Below are positions 38,574 through 46,745 of a stretch of 64,000 bases of DNA, in pieces. Position 1 is the stretch's first letter. Every line of letters starts with the position of its first letter. The position numbers and the translations under genes were made by a program. Origin of the DNA: a candidate division TA06 bacterium B3_TA06 (GTDB lineage Bacteria; Hydrothermota; Tepidihabitantia; B3-TA06); assembly GCA_005223075.1 (NCBI GenBank), contig NJBO01000002.1, positions 1,836 to 65,835 on the forward strand, given 5' to 3'. The notes beneath the pieces were generated by a model. It saw nothing but the letters and a program-made list of their open reading frames with translations, made no database searches and was not told the DNA's origin.

Positions 38574-39038
38574 ATGAGTAACACCTTTGGCTCAACCGAT
38601 GAGCTGCTCGATTTTGCGATCGCTAAGGAAGAAGAGGCCAACCAATTCTATACCAACCTGGCGACACGGGTAGAGAAATCCCCCATGCGCGAGGTATTCG
38701 AACGCTTCGCCGCCGAAGAGCTCAAACACAAGGCCAGGCTGGAGGCGATCAAACATGGTAAGCTGCTCTTATCCGCAGAACAAAAGGTTGCCAATCTCAA
38801 GATCGCCGACTATCTTGTGGAGATCAAGCCAGAACCCGACGAAACCCTTGACTATCAGAAAACCCTGATGATCGCGATGCAACGCGAAAAGGCATCATTC
38901 AAACTCTATACCGACCTGGCCGCGATAACCGACAACGCGGAACTGCAGGAGACGCTCTTGGGCCTTGCGCAGGAGGAGGCAAAACATAAGTTGCGCTTTG
39001 AGATCGAATACGACGAGCACATCCTGACCGAGAACTAA
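38574..39038 (+). CDS. ferritin-like / rubrerythrin-family diiron protein (no rubredoxin domain)
   Basis: Paired E..H helices (EEEANQFY...EELKHKARLE ... QREKASFKLY...EEAKHK). Confidence 0.65.
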   Translation: MSNTFGSTDELLDFAIAKEEEANQFYTNLATRVEKSPMREVFERFAAEELKHKARLEAIKHGKLLLSAEQKVANLKIADYLVEIKPEPDETLDYQKTLMIAMQREKASFKLYTDLAAITDNAELQETLLGLAQEEAKHKLRFEIEYDEHILTEN

Positions 39039-39112
39039 CGCTTCAGGTTATCTCTCGTATGTAGGAGACAGGAGGATAGGAGAGGCAAAAAACCTCAAAT
39101 CCAAGGAGGATT

Positions 39113-39295
39113 TTGATGGCAGACAACGAAACGAAGGTAATTGAAGCCTTTAAGAAAGCAGGCGAACCCTTAAAGGCCGGACAGGTGGTAGAGGCCACAG
39201 ACATCGATGCCAAGGAAGTGGGCAAGATCATCAAGAAACTCGCAAAGGAAGGCAAGCTTATCTCCCCGAAGCGCTGTTACTACGGACTCCCCTGA
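39113..39295 (+). CDS. small (60 aa) putative winged-helix DNA-binding protein
   Basis: A ribosome-binding site is present. Helix-turn-helix-like VIEAFKKAGEPLKAGQVVEATDIDAKEVGKIIKKLAKEGKL. It sits between two rubrerythrin-family genes. Confidence 0.45.
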   Translation: MMADNETKVIEAFKKAGEPLKAGQVVEATDIDAKEVGKIIKKLAKEGKLISPKRCYYGLP

Positions 39296-39391
39296 TGCTG
39301 CTTGTAAAATTATCAGGCACGCTGAAGCGCCCTCTTTACCTTTTACTTCCCCAGACCCGCCGTTAAAGGAGTGGAAAGGAAAATAGAGCAA

Positions 39392-39967
39392 ATGGCAAGC
39401 ATAAATGGAACAAAAACCGAACGCAATCTCTTGACCGCGTTTGCCGGCGAGTCGCAGGCCCGCAACCGATACACCTACTTTGCGAGCAAGGCACGCAAGG
39501 AAGGCTATGTTCAGATAGCCGACATCTTTGCCGAAACCGCCAATCAGGAACGCGAACACGCCAAACGTCTCTTCAAGTTCCTCGAGGGCGGCGAGGTGGA
39601 GATAGCCGCAGCATTTCCCGCAGGCGTAATCGGGACGACGCCTGAGAACCTTAAGGCCGCAGCCGCAGGCGAGAACTACGAGTGGACCGAGATGTACCCC
39701 GGTTTCGCCAAGCTGGCCCGCGAGGAAGGCTTTGAGGGGATCGCAGCGGTTTTCGAGGCGATCTCGGTTGCCGAAAAACAGCACGAGAAGCGCTACAATG
39801 ACCTTCTGGCCAACATCGAGGCGGGCAGGGTCTTCAAACGAGATAAACCGGTGATCTGGCGGTGCCGCAACTGCGGCTACCTGCACGAAGGCACCGAAGC
39901 CCCACAAGAATGTCCAGCCTGCGCCCATCCCCAGGCCCACTTCGAGATACTTGGTGAAAACTGGTAA
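39392..39967 (+). CDS. rbr: rubrerythrin (diiron domain plus C-terminal rubredoxin-like C-x2-C...C-x2-C)
   Basis: N-terminal [22 protein letters not shown]-terminal WRCRNCGY...CPACAHP. Confidence 0.9.
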   Translation: MASINGTKTERNLLTAFAGESQARNRYTYFASKARKEGYVQIADIFAETANQEREHAKRLFKFLEGGEVEIAAAFPAGVIGTTPENLKAAAAGENYEWTEMYPGFAKLAREEGFEGIAAVFEAISVAEKQHEKRYNDLLANIEAGRVFKRDKPVIWRCRNCGYLHEGTEAPQECPACAHPQAHFEILGENW

Positions 39968-40117
39968 CCCGTAACACCGTAACACGCCTCCACTCCCACG
40001 GGGATTTCGCTTCTAACAAAACCATAGTATCAAGGGTGCATTGATGGTGCGCCCTTCCTTTTTGTTACCTTGACAACCCACCACTCTGAGGTTATCCTGA
40101 GCAAACAAGGAGGCAGC

Positions 40118-40795
40118 ATGCGTAAGATAATTATTCTGATCCTTCTAGGAGCGGCTATAGCCGCCGCCGATCCATTCAACACCGTCACCGCCTACACCCT
40201 ACCCCCTCAGATTGGCTACATCGGGCCGAACGTGCCGGTTACGATACCCCTAGAAGAAGGAGGAGACATCTCCATCGCCCCGGTCCTTTGGGCAGGCTAT
40301 GGAATCTTCCCTCGGTTCGATATGACCTTGATGATCCCGGCCAGTATCTACGAGGGCGAGTTCAATCTGGGCGACGCAATGCTTGAGTGGCGTTACGAGC
40401 TGATCTCCTATGAGATGTTAAGCGTCTCGCCGGTGTTCGATGTATTCATACCCATGTATTCCGGTGGTTCGTTGAGCTTTGGCCCAGGGGTGATGGCAAG
40501 CGCTGGGTTTCCCGCCCTGCAGTTACATGCGAATCTCTTCTACACTACTGACTTCAAGGGTTCGGCAGGCGAACTGGCTTTTCTTACTGCTTCTGAATAC
40601 TGGCTATACGAAAGCTTCTCACTCTATACAGAACTTAACCTCTATTACTCGCTGGACGCAAAGGAAGGCACAGTTGAGTTCTGGCCCGGTGTAAGCTGGT
40701 ATCCTACCAACTGGTTGAACATAAATGCCGCCCTTGGTATCCCCACTACCCTGGGCTATCTCTCCCCCGGCCTGGCGGCGTACGTGAGTTTTTAA
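40118..40795 (+). CDS. putative outer-membrane beta-barrel protein
   Basis: AAGGAGG ribosome-binding site. Signal peptide MRKIIILILLGAAIAAA. Alternating amphipathic strands. C-terminal ...AAYVSF. Confidence 0.6.
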   Translation: MRKIIILILLGAAIAAADPFNTVTAYTLPPQIGYIGPNVPVTIPLEEGGDISIAPVLWAGYGIFPRFDMTLMIPASIYEGEFNLGDAMLEWRYELISYEMLSVSPVFDVFIPMYSGGSLSFGPGVMASAGFPALQLHANLFYTTDFKGSAGELAFLTASEYWLYESFSLYTELNLYYSLDAKEGTVEFWPGVSWYPTNWLNINAALGIPTTLGYLSPGLAAYVSF

Positions 40796-40874
40796 GAAAA
40801 ACCTGAGATTAAAAGAGGTTTGTGTTACGAATCTTTGCAGACGTGCCACAAACTCGTCAGAGTTATATCGCACT

Positions 40875-40950
40875 CGTCACAAAAAAGCTGGTCAAAAGCT
40901 GGACAAAAGCTCCCCAAAAGCTGGTCAAAAAGTGGACAAATCAAGGACAA
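40875..40950 (+). repeat. iteron-like array of ~6 degenerate 11-13 bp direct repeats (AAAGCTGGTCAAA / AAGCTGGACAA / AAGTGGACAAA)
   Basis: Direct repeats adjacent to an AT-rich stretch (41090-41140) and the hairpin repeats. Non-coding. Confidence 0.6.
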
Positions 40951-40957
40951 TTTTCCC

Positions 40958-41052
40958 GGGTCCCCATAAAGCTACGAAGTAGATTTACGGGGTAAAAAAA
41001 GCTGGTCAAAACCCCGGGGTCCCCGCAAAAGCGCGAAGCGATTTTGTGGGGT
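40958..41052 (+). repeat. two tandem covarying hairpin repeats (copies D 40958-40993 and C 41016-41052) separated by AAAAAAGCTGGTCAAAA
   Basis: GGGTCCCCATAAAGCTAC-GAAG-TAGATTTACGGGGT and GGGGTCCCCGCAAAAGCGC-GAAG-CGATTTTGTGGGGT. The stems differ in sequence but keep their pairing. Confidence 0.7.
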
Positions 41053-41277
41053 AGAAAAAGGTGGACAGGGACGCGACTGCGTCGCGATTGCAAATATCAA
41101 ATTGCAAAATGCAAATTTTAAAATGATGGTGCGGCTGCGGAGCAGACGTCTGGGGTTAAAAATTCGGGTAATTTCGGGTTGATTTATTATAGGGGAAGCG
41201 GTTTCCCCGCTCCCTTTATCCCCTTATTCATCTCAGCCCGCTTTTTTAATCGGGCCTTTTACCCTCACTCTTCAGAA

Positions 41278-41392
41278 CACCTTGAGGAGATTCGTAGGGG
41301 CGTACCTTTAGGTGCGCCCGCATGATTTAATCGGGCCGACTTGACGCGTAGCGGCGTCTGATCGCCAAAGTCGGCCCCTACGAGCTTACTTA
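41278..41392. repeat. MITE-like element (ACACCTTGAGGAGATTCGTAGGGGCGTACCT..AGGTGCGCCCGCATGATTTAATCGGGCCGAC...GTCGGCCCCTACGAGC)
   Basis: Copies at 41741-41815 and 44702-44835. The last carries a nested insert of a second repeat. Confidence 0.75.
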
Positions 41393-41538
41393 TTCCTTTT
41401 GATCATCTTCTCCGAACGGTTTTCTTTCGGGTTCCGTGAGTATTTATGAACATCATCTCCATTAGGATTAGGTCTTGGAGTTGGCACGGGCTGTTTGTGT
41501 TTTTGAGAACCATTCTCAGATTTTTCTTTTTCTGGCAT
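41386..41538 (-). CDS. small Pro/Lys-rich protein (50 aa), tandem paralog of 41543..41701
   Basis: MPEKEKSENGSQKHKQPVPTPRPNPNGDDVHKY... Its start lies 1 nt after the stop of the upstream small ORF (GGTTAAAATG), which indicates translational coupling. Confidence 0.4.
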   Translation of the reverse strand: MPEKEKSENGSQKHKQPVPTPRPNPNGDDVHKYSRNPKENRSEKMIKRNK

Positions 41539-41542
41539 TTTA

Positions 41543-41701
41543 ACCTTCTTTCGTATGGTTAGGTGTCGAAGAAGAGGATTGCTCAGATGGTGGCTCGGGA
41601 CGTCTCGAAGTAGGATTATCAGCATCCGGATTGGGCTTAGGAGTTGGCAAAGGTTTATCCGGCTTACCTGATGGCTTTTTAGGCCTGTCTTGATCAGGCA
41701 T
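41543..41701 (-). CDS. small Pro/Lys-rich protein (53 aa); missed by the ORF track because it is below the length cutoff
   Basis: AGGAGG ribosome-binding site 6 nt before the ATG. MPDQDRPKKPSGKPDKPLPTPKPNPDADNPTSRRPEPPSEQ... shares M-P-[DE]...(L/V)PTP(K/R)PNP with the downstream ORF. Confidence 0.4.
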
Positions 41702-41740
41702 TAAAACCTCCTACTAAAGAAAATACAATTAATACAAGAT

Positions 41741-41815
41741 TCGTAGGGGCGTACCTTTAGGTGCGCCCGCATGATTTAATCGGGCCGACTTTCAAGTCGG
41801 CCCCTCTCTCCGTGC
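41741..41815. repeat. MITE-like element copy (includes the REP hairpin CGGGCCGACTTTCAAGTCGGCCCC)
   Basis: Near-identical to 41281-41345 and 44765-44830. Confidence 0.75.
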
Positions 41816-43218
41816 CAACGAAAAGCACGGCGGAAACCAAGGTCTTCGGCCTCTTTGATAGTCCATACATATGTCTCTCCTCTTTCCCTCTCAACCTTAG
41901 TCCTGTCGTATTGCTGATCAAAAGGAAGATGATAAATCTTTTCACCCGTCTGACGATTCACATTGCATTTGACTAAGGGATAATCCTCAAGTTTGAAATT
42001 TTCTATGACTTCCACTCCAAGAACCTCGGCAAACCTATGAGCTACAGGCGAAAGTTCGGTGGTTGTCATAAAAACAGACTTCACTTTTAACTTCTTTTGA
42101 AACAGCTCTAAATTCTGGGGACGTTGTTTTCGTTCTTGCTCTACTCTATACATCATGGTAGTCCCATATAGCTGAGCGATGTGCTTTTCATATATTGTTC
42201 GCCATCTAGCCCAACATTTGCATTGAACGATGTGAACCTCTTTGCCTTTCTGGGCAATAACATCCCGACCTAAATCTTCTTCTCTATACAAGACTCCAGA
42301 TGGCAATACCTTATATCCTTTCTCCCAATACCACCATGCCACATATCTCTCGTAATCTCTTCCTATTTGCCACCTACTTTTATGAGGACGCCGACGCCAA
42401 TTATCAAGAGCACGTTGAAGGCGCTCTTGATGGGAAAGTTCTTCCTTAACCGCCTCCCCCTGCCAAAAAACTGCCGGATCAACACCTTCTTCAATCTCCT
42501 CTTCTTCTGGAAGGTTCAAGGTAGTAGCAATCATTTCGTCAATTGTTTCGCCTTCAAAGTCGAAAAGATGCGGAAGGATACTCTGCCAGTAACGAAGTAA
42601 GTATTTAGCCCGACGCCATCTCTTTTCTGCCTCCCGTCGTTTATTTGCAATGTCTCGAATTTCTTCCGCAGCCCTAGGTGCCGGATGCGATTTGTTTTCT
42701 AAATAATCTGCTCTACGTAAATCTTGAAGGTAAAAATAATCTGCGAATACTTCCCCGAGCCAAGGCATCCCTCTTTTGCTTTCTTCAATTATCCTCTGAA
42801 CTTCCTCTTGCTTCCTATTTATCTCTGCTTCCTTTTGTTCTATTGTCACTTTCATCCTAGACCTTCGCTCACTAATCTCCTTTTTCTCTTCCTCCATCAT
42901 CTGTTTAATCTCCTCTTCTCTCTGCTCCATCATTTTTCCCATCCTAAACTTCTCATCGGCTACAAGTCTTTCCCTTTGTTCAATCTCCATCTTTAGCTTC
43001 TCCATATTCGAACGGAGTTCTTTAATCTCTGCCAATTTGCTTACCAGTTGTCTCCTCTGGCGATCTATAGTTGCAGAGAGTTCTCTATTTCGATTTTCCA
43101 AATCAGTAAGTCGCCTTTTTCGTCTTTTAACACTTCGGATTATCGATGATATACCCCATATCAAAAGACCTAAAGCAACTAAAATCAGTAAAACCCAACA
43201 AATTGGTCCCTCAAACAT
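41776..43218 (-). CDS. membrane-anchored coiled-coil protein with C-terminal Mrr-like (PD-(D/E)xK restriction-endonuclease-fold) domain
   Basis: N-terminal transmembrane helix (ICWVLLILVALGLLIWGISSII). An ~130-aa E/K/R-rich coiled coil follows. The Mrr_cat-like core is IGRDYERYVAWWYWEKGYKVLPSG...EEDLGRDVIAQKGKEVHIVQCKCW....HIAQLYG....VFMTTTELSPVAHRFAE. The C-terminal K.YHLP...Y...EAE.LGFR resembles a Cys-less topoisomerase-type zinc-ribbon. Confidence 0.7.
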   Translation of the reverse strand: MFEGPICWVLLILVALGLLIWGISSIIRSVKRRKRRLTDLENRNRELSATIDRQRRQLVSKLAEIKELRSNMEKLKMEIEQRERLVADEKFRMGKMMEQREEEIKQMMEEEKKEISERRSRMKVTIEQKEAEINRKQEEVQRIIEESKRGMPWLGEVFADYFYLQDLRRADYLENKSHPAPRAAEEIRDIANKRREAEKRWRRAKYLLRYWQSILPHLFDFEGETIDEMIATTLNLPEEEEIEEGVDPAVFWQGEAVKEELSHQERLQRALDNWRRRPHKSRWQIGRDYERYVAWWYWEKGYKVLPSGVLYREEDLGRDVIAQKGKEVHIVQCKCWARWRTIYEKHIAQLYGTTMMYRVEQERKQRPQNLELFQKKLKVKSVFMTTTELSPVAHRFAEVLGVEVIENFKLEDYPLVKCNVNRQTGEKIYHLPFDQQYDRTKVERERGETYVWTIKEAEDLGFRRAFRWHGERGRLESRPD

Positions 43219-43276
43219 CTTTCGACTCCTGCTAGAATTCTTCTAGCCCAGAACTCCCACCTGAACATATCAGCCC

Positions 43277-43375
43277 TCTAATCATAAAATTATCTTATAC
43301 TCGGATACATCTTTGTCAAGTGGATTTAAAGCCTCGCTGGCGAACCTTAAGGTTCGCACTACATGGATAGAGAGG
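43277..43375. repeat. ~100-bp repeat carrying a sigma70-like promoter on the minus strand (TTGACA-N16-TAAGAT), a GCGAACC-TTAA-GGTTCGC hairpin and an AGAGAGGGC-CGAA-GCCCTCTCT hairpin; second copy at 44830-44940
   Basis: AATCATAAAATTATCTTATACTCGGATACATCTTTGTCAAGTGGATTTAAAGC...CTCGCTGGCGAACCTTAAGGTTCGCACTACATGG occurs twice, each upstream of one of the two minus-strand genes. Confidence 0.7.
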
Positions 43376-43408
43376 GCCGAAGCCCTCTCTGCTTTTCTTA
43401 AAAGGCTC

Positions 43409-44506
43409 CTACCTTGTCCTTATGTTTCCTGAGTTCCTGTTGTCATGGCGATACTTGGGCCATGACGATGAAGCCAATCCCTTGGATTTGCTGGTAATCG
43501 CGTAGAGATTCTTGTCATCCGCCCCGAAGTAGATCGTTCCGTCGTCAGCGAGCGCGAGTGAAGAATATATCTCTCCGTCGGCTTCATATGTCCACTTAAG
43601 CTTACCTGAGGGATCAAGCGCATAGACGTTGTGATCGGGCGAGCCGAAGTAGATTGTCCCGTCCAAGCCGATTGTCGGGCCGATGTTTACGTCACCCTTT
43701 GTCTCGTATTGCCACTTGACTTCCCCCTCCGGGGTGAGCGCGTAGAGGTTGTTGTCAGCCGACCCGAAGTAGACGGTGCCGTCTTTGGCCACCGCACAGG
43801 AAGACCATATCTCATAGTCGGTCTTGAACTTCCACTTGAGCTCGCCTGAAGGGCTAAGTGCGTAAAGGTAGCCGTCCCTGGACCCGCAGTAGATGGTTCC
43901 GTCCATGCCAATCGCAGGGGAGGCCCGCACCCAGTTCCTGGTCCAGTATCTCCACTTACGCTTGCCGTCCGGGGTAAGGGCATAGATGCAATTGTCCTCC
44001 GAGCTGACGTAAATCGTCCCATCTACACCGATCGCAGGGGTAGTCGCTATGAAATCGCCGGTCCTGTACTTCCACTTGAGTTCGCCTTTGGGGGTAAGCG
44101 CATAAAGGTAACGGTCAAACGAGCCGAAGTAAATCGTCCCGTCTGAACCGAACGCAGGGGTTAACGCCCTTCCCTTGGTCTTGAACTTCCACTTTAGCTC
44201 GCCTTTGGAGGTAAACGCATATAGGTTCTTGTCGTTCGCCGCAACGTAGATCGTCCCCTTGGCATCGATTGCCGGTGCATGCACACCATACTCGATCTTG
44301 TATTTCCATTTGACCTTCCCTGAACGGGAGATGGCGTAAAGGAAGTTGTCTATAGCGGTAACGTAGATCGTCCCGTCTTTACCGATCACCGGGGTTCCTA
44401 CCTCATCACCAAGCTCGCATTGCCACTTGAGCTTGCCCGGTCTCTGACAGGTAAGCAGCCCCAGAGCGAGCGCTGTGCCTAACAGAATAAGCAGTGCTTT
44501 TTTCAT
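43409..44506 (-). CDS. PQQ-repeat (8-bladed beta-propeller) lipoprotein, BamB-like
   Basis: Lipoprotein signal MKKALLILLGTALALGLLTC. Eight repeats of DGTIY.(G/S)..D..LYA......KWK. Confidence 0.8.
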   Translation of the reverse strand: MKKALLILLGTALALGLLTCQRPGKLKWQCELGDEVGTPVIGKDGTIYVTAIDNFLYAISRSGKVKWKYKIEYGVHAPAIDAKGTIYVAANDKNLYAFTSKGELKWKFKTKGRALTPAFGSDGTIYFGSFDRYLYALTPKGELKWKYRTGDFIATTPAIGVDGTIYVSSEDNCIYALTPDGKRKWRYWTRNWVRASPAIGMDGTIYCGSRDGYLYALSPSGELKWKFKTDYEIWSSCAVAKDGTVYFGSADNNLYALTPEGEVKWQYETKGDVNIGPTIGLDGTIYFGSPDHNVYALDPSGKLKWTYEADGEIYSSLALADDGTIYFGADDKNLYAITSKSKGLASSSWPKYRHDNRNSGNIRTR

Positions 44507-44701
44507 CTTTCCTCCTCATTGTGTTGGTGTTGAAGGATTTTTATCAAAGCCCTGGCAGGGCGGACTGCTAACGCAACCATCAAGTTTCCTCCTTGATACT
44601 GTCTTATGTTGAGTGTAATCGGAAACACGGACGTTGTCAAGTAAAAGGAAACAAATAGACTCTTATGAGAGAAAGCCCCAGCCGCGTATGTGAACTTCTC
44701 T

Positions 44702-44940
44702 TAAGAACACCTTGAGGAGATTCGTAGGGGCGTACCTCAGCGTGCCCCTTGGGATACCGTGTATCCCATAGGGTATTAGGTCCGCCCGCATGATTTAATC
44801 GGGCCGACTTTCAAGTCGGCCCCTACGAGCTTTAATCATAAAATTATCTTATACTCGGATACATCTTTGTCAAGTGGATTTAAAGCGTGTAGCGCGAGGC
44901 TTCAGCCTCGCTGGCGAACCTTAAGGTTCGCACTACATGA
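44702..44940. repeat. MITE-like element (with nested insert) followed by the second copy of the promoter-bearing repeat
   Basis: See 41278 and 43277. Confidence 0.7.
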
Positions 44941-44977
44941 ATAGCCCGTAACACAAGGCGCGCCCTTAATCTCTTCC

Positions 44978-45015
44978 GGGGTCCCCGCGACGTTGCAAGG
45001 CAACGGCGTGGGGTG
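44978..45015 (+). repeat. covarying hairpin repeat, copy B
   Basis: GGGGTCCCCGCGACGTTGCAAGGCAACGGCGTGGGGTG. Confidence 0.7.
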
Positions 45016-45017
45016 CA

Positions 45018-45632
45018 TCAGTGGGTGATGGTGATGCGGCGGATGGTGTCCGGAGGAATACCCTCGTCTTCATTACCGTTGCGCAACTGCATCACCACGT
45101 CCATGCCTTCGATCACTCGACCGAATACGCAGTAGTTGCCGTCAAGGTCAAGCGCCGGCTCAAGGCAGATGTAGAACTGACAAGACGCGGAGTTCCGGGC
45201 AGCGCCGCGTGCCATGCCAACCGCACCCTTAATATGCGATCGGCCGCTTTCCTCGTAGTCTATGGTGTAACCTGCGCTGCCCTGACCGGTGCCCAGAGGG
45301 TCGCCGCCCTGAATCACAAAGCCGCCGACGTAGCGATGCCAGATAAGGCCGTCGTAGAAGCCCGCATCTGCAAGCCTGATGAAGTTGCGCACAGTGTTCG
45401 GCGCCTCCATTGAATAGAGCTTGAACGTAAAGCTTCCCTTGTTGGTCTCAACCACAGCGCACTCGTTCCCGGTGAGCTTGACCGGATTGCTTTTCACGCG
45501 AAGCGCAAGCCCCACCCTCTCCTTGGCAGAAAGGTTGTAGGTATCGGGTATCGAAGGCTGAACCGCCTTAACACACGCAAGTCCTGCAAGCAGAACCAGG
45601 GACGTGAATCCGGCGAGGCGAACAAGCTTCAT
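45018..45632 (-). CDS. cyclophilin-type peptidyl-prolyl cis-trans isomerase, secreted/lipoprotein
   Basis: FYDGLIWHRYVGGFVIQGGDP...GAVGMARG...CQFYICL..LDGNYCVFG.VIEGMDVV. Signal peptide ending LACVKA. Confidence 0.88.
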   Translation of the reverse strand: MKLVRLAGFTSLVLLAGLACVKAVQPSIPDTYNLSAKERVGLALRVKSNPVKLTGNECAVVETNKGSFTFKLYSMEAPNTVRNFIRLADAGFYDGLIWHRYVGGFVIQGGDPLGTGQGSAGYTIDYEESGRSHIKGAVGMARGAARNSASCQFYICLEPALDLDGNYCVFGRVIEGMDVVMQLRNGNEDEGIPPDTIRRITITH

Positions 45633-45636
45633 GACC

Positions 45637-46302
45637 TCAGTCCCTTGAGATCGTTATCTTTACGATCTTGTCGCCGCGGCGGAGTTCATTGACCACATCC
45701 ATGCCTTCGACGGTCTTTGCGAAAACCACGTAGTTGCCGTCAAGCCCGGGCTGGGGTGCCAGGCAGAAGTAAAACTGACAACCTGCCGAGTTGAGGTCTT
45801 GACCGCGAGCCATACCCACGGCACCGAGTTCGTGCTTGCGGTTGTTGTGTTCGAAGGCAATATTGTACCCGGGGTTACCCGAACCACTGTTAAGCGGATC
45901 GCCGCCCTGCAGTACAAAACCCGGTTCGTAACGGAAAAAGATCAAACCATCATAGAATCCTGATTCGGACAGCCGGATGAAGTTGCGAACCGTGTTCGGG
46001 GCATCCTTCGAGTAAAGCTTAACCACAATCGTTCCCTTGTTCGTCTCGATAGTGGCCTTCTCATTACCCTGAAGCTCGATATCCTCATCCTTAACGGCAA
46101 GTGCAACCTTAATGCGATCCTGCGGGGTAGCCGTAGAATCCCACAGGTGGCGCGTGATCCCGAAAGGACCGGGCTCCGCTTTAGTAACGGTTGGTGGCGG
46201 CAACGGTTCCTGTTTGGGCTCCTCCTTTTTCTCCGCCTTGCTACAATAGATCATGGCAGCGGCAAGAATACCCATCAGTAAAACACCGATTGTCTTCTTC
46301 AT
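45637..46302 (-). CDS. cyclophilin-type peptidyl-prolyl cis-trans isomerase, lipoprotein (tandem paralog)
   Basis: Same motifs (FYDGLIFFRYEPGFVLQGGDP...). Signal peptide MKKTIGVLLMGILAAAMIYC. AAGGAGG ribosome-binding site. Confidence 0.88.
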   Translation of the reverse strand: MKKTIGVLLMGILAAAMIYCSKAEKKEEPKQEPLPPPTVTKAEPGPFGITRHLWDSTATPQDRIKVALAVKDEDIELQGNEKATIETNKGTIVVKLYSKDAPNTVRNFIRLSESGFYDGLIFFRYEPGFVLQGGDPLNSGSGNPGYNIAFEHNNRKHELGAVGMARGQDLNSAGCQFYFCLAPQPGLDGNYVVFAKTVEGMDVVNELRRGDKIVKITISRD

Positions 46303-46370
46303 AGAGCCTCCTTTGGTTTGGTGATGATACATAGGAACCCCAAAAGGTCAAGTCATTAAACCTCATTAGC

Positions 46371-46398
46371 TTGACACTCCAGAAGCACACTGTATAAT
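46371..46398 (+). promoter_or_regulatory. sigma70 promoter TTGACA-N16-TATAAT for the V-type ATPase genes
   Basis: Perfect -35 and -10 with 16 nt spacing, ~12 nt upstream of the first ORF. Confidence 0.55.
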
Positions 46399-46409
46399 TC
46401 GCGCAGGAG

Positions 46410-46745
46410 TTGACCTTGAAACAGGATCTCTTAAAGGAAATCCGCCAAGCTGAAAAGGAAGCGGCCAGGATGATTGCGGACGCAGAGGAGCAGGGGCAAA
46501 AGGAACTTGCAGAACTTGCCGCAAAGCACGAGAAGGAAAGCGCAAAGCTCGCTCTAAAGCGAGAAGAAACCCTGGCTCAAACGAGGGAGCGCGCTCGCGA
46601 GGAAGCACTTAAAGAAGCCAAGACAATAGGGGCTGAGGCAAAGAAACAAGCAGAGAGCTTGCGCAAAAAGGCAGCACCCAAGATTAACAAAGCGGCAGAC
46701 CACGCCCGGAAGAAAGTCCTGGAACTGTGGGAACAGCAAGGGTAG
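46410..46745 (+). CDS. V/A-type ATPase peripheral-stalk subunit (G/H-like coiled-coil subunit)
   Basis: 111 aa, wholly helical and E/K/A-rich. It sits immediately upstream of subunit I. The start may instead be the TTG at 46416. Confidence 0.6.
   Translation: MTLKQDLLKEIRQAEKEAARMIADAEEQGQKELAELAAKHEKESAKLALKREETLAQTRERAREEALKEAKTIGAEAKKQAESLRKKAAPKINKAADHARKKVLELWEQQG

Noticed and set aside
40875-41052. Possible CRISPR array (short direct repeats interleaved with other sequence)
   Set aside because: The repeats are only 11-13 bp and degenerate. The interleaved units are hairpins with variable stems rather than uniform-length spacers. There are no cas genes or leader. I called it iteron-like or hairpin repeats instead.
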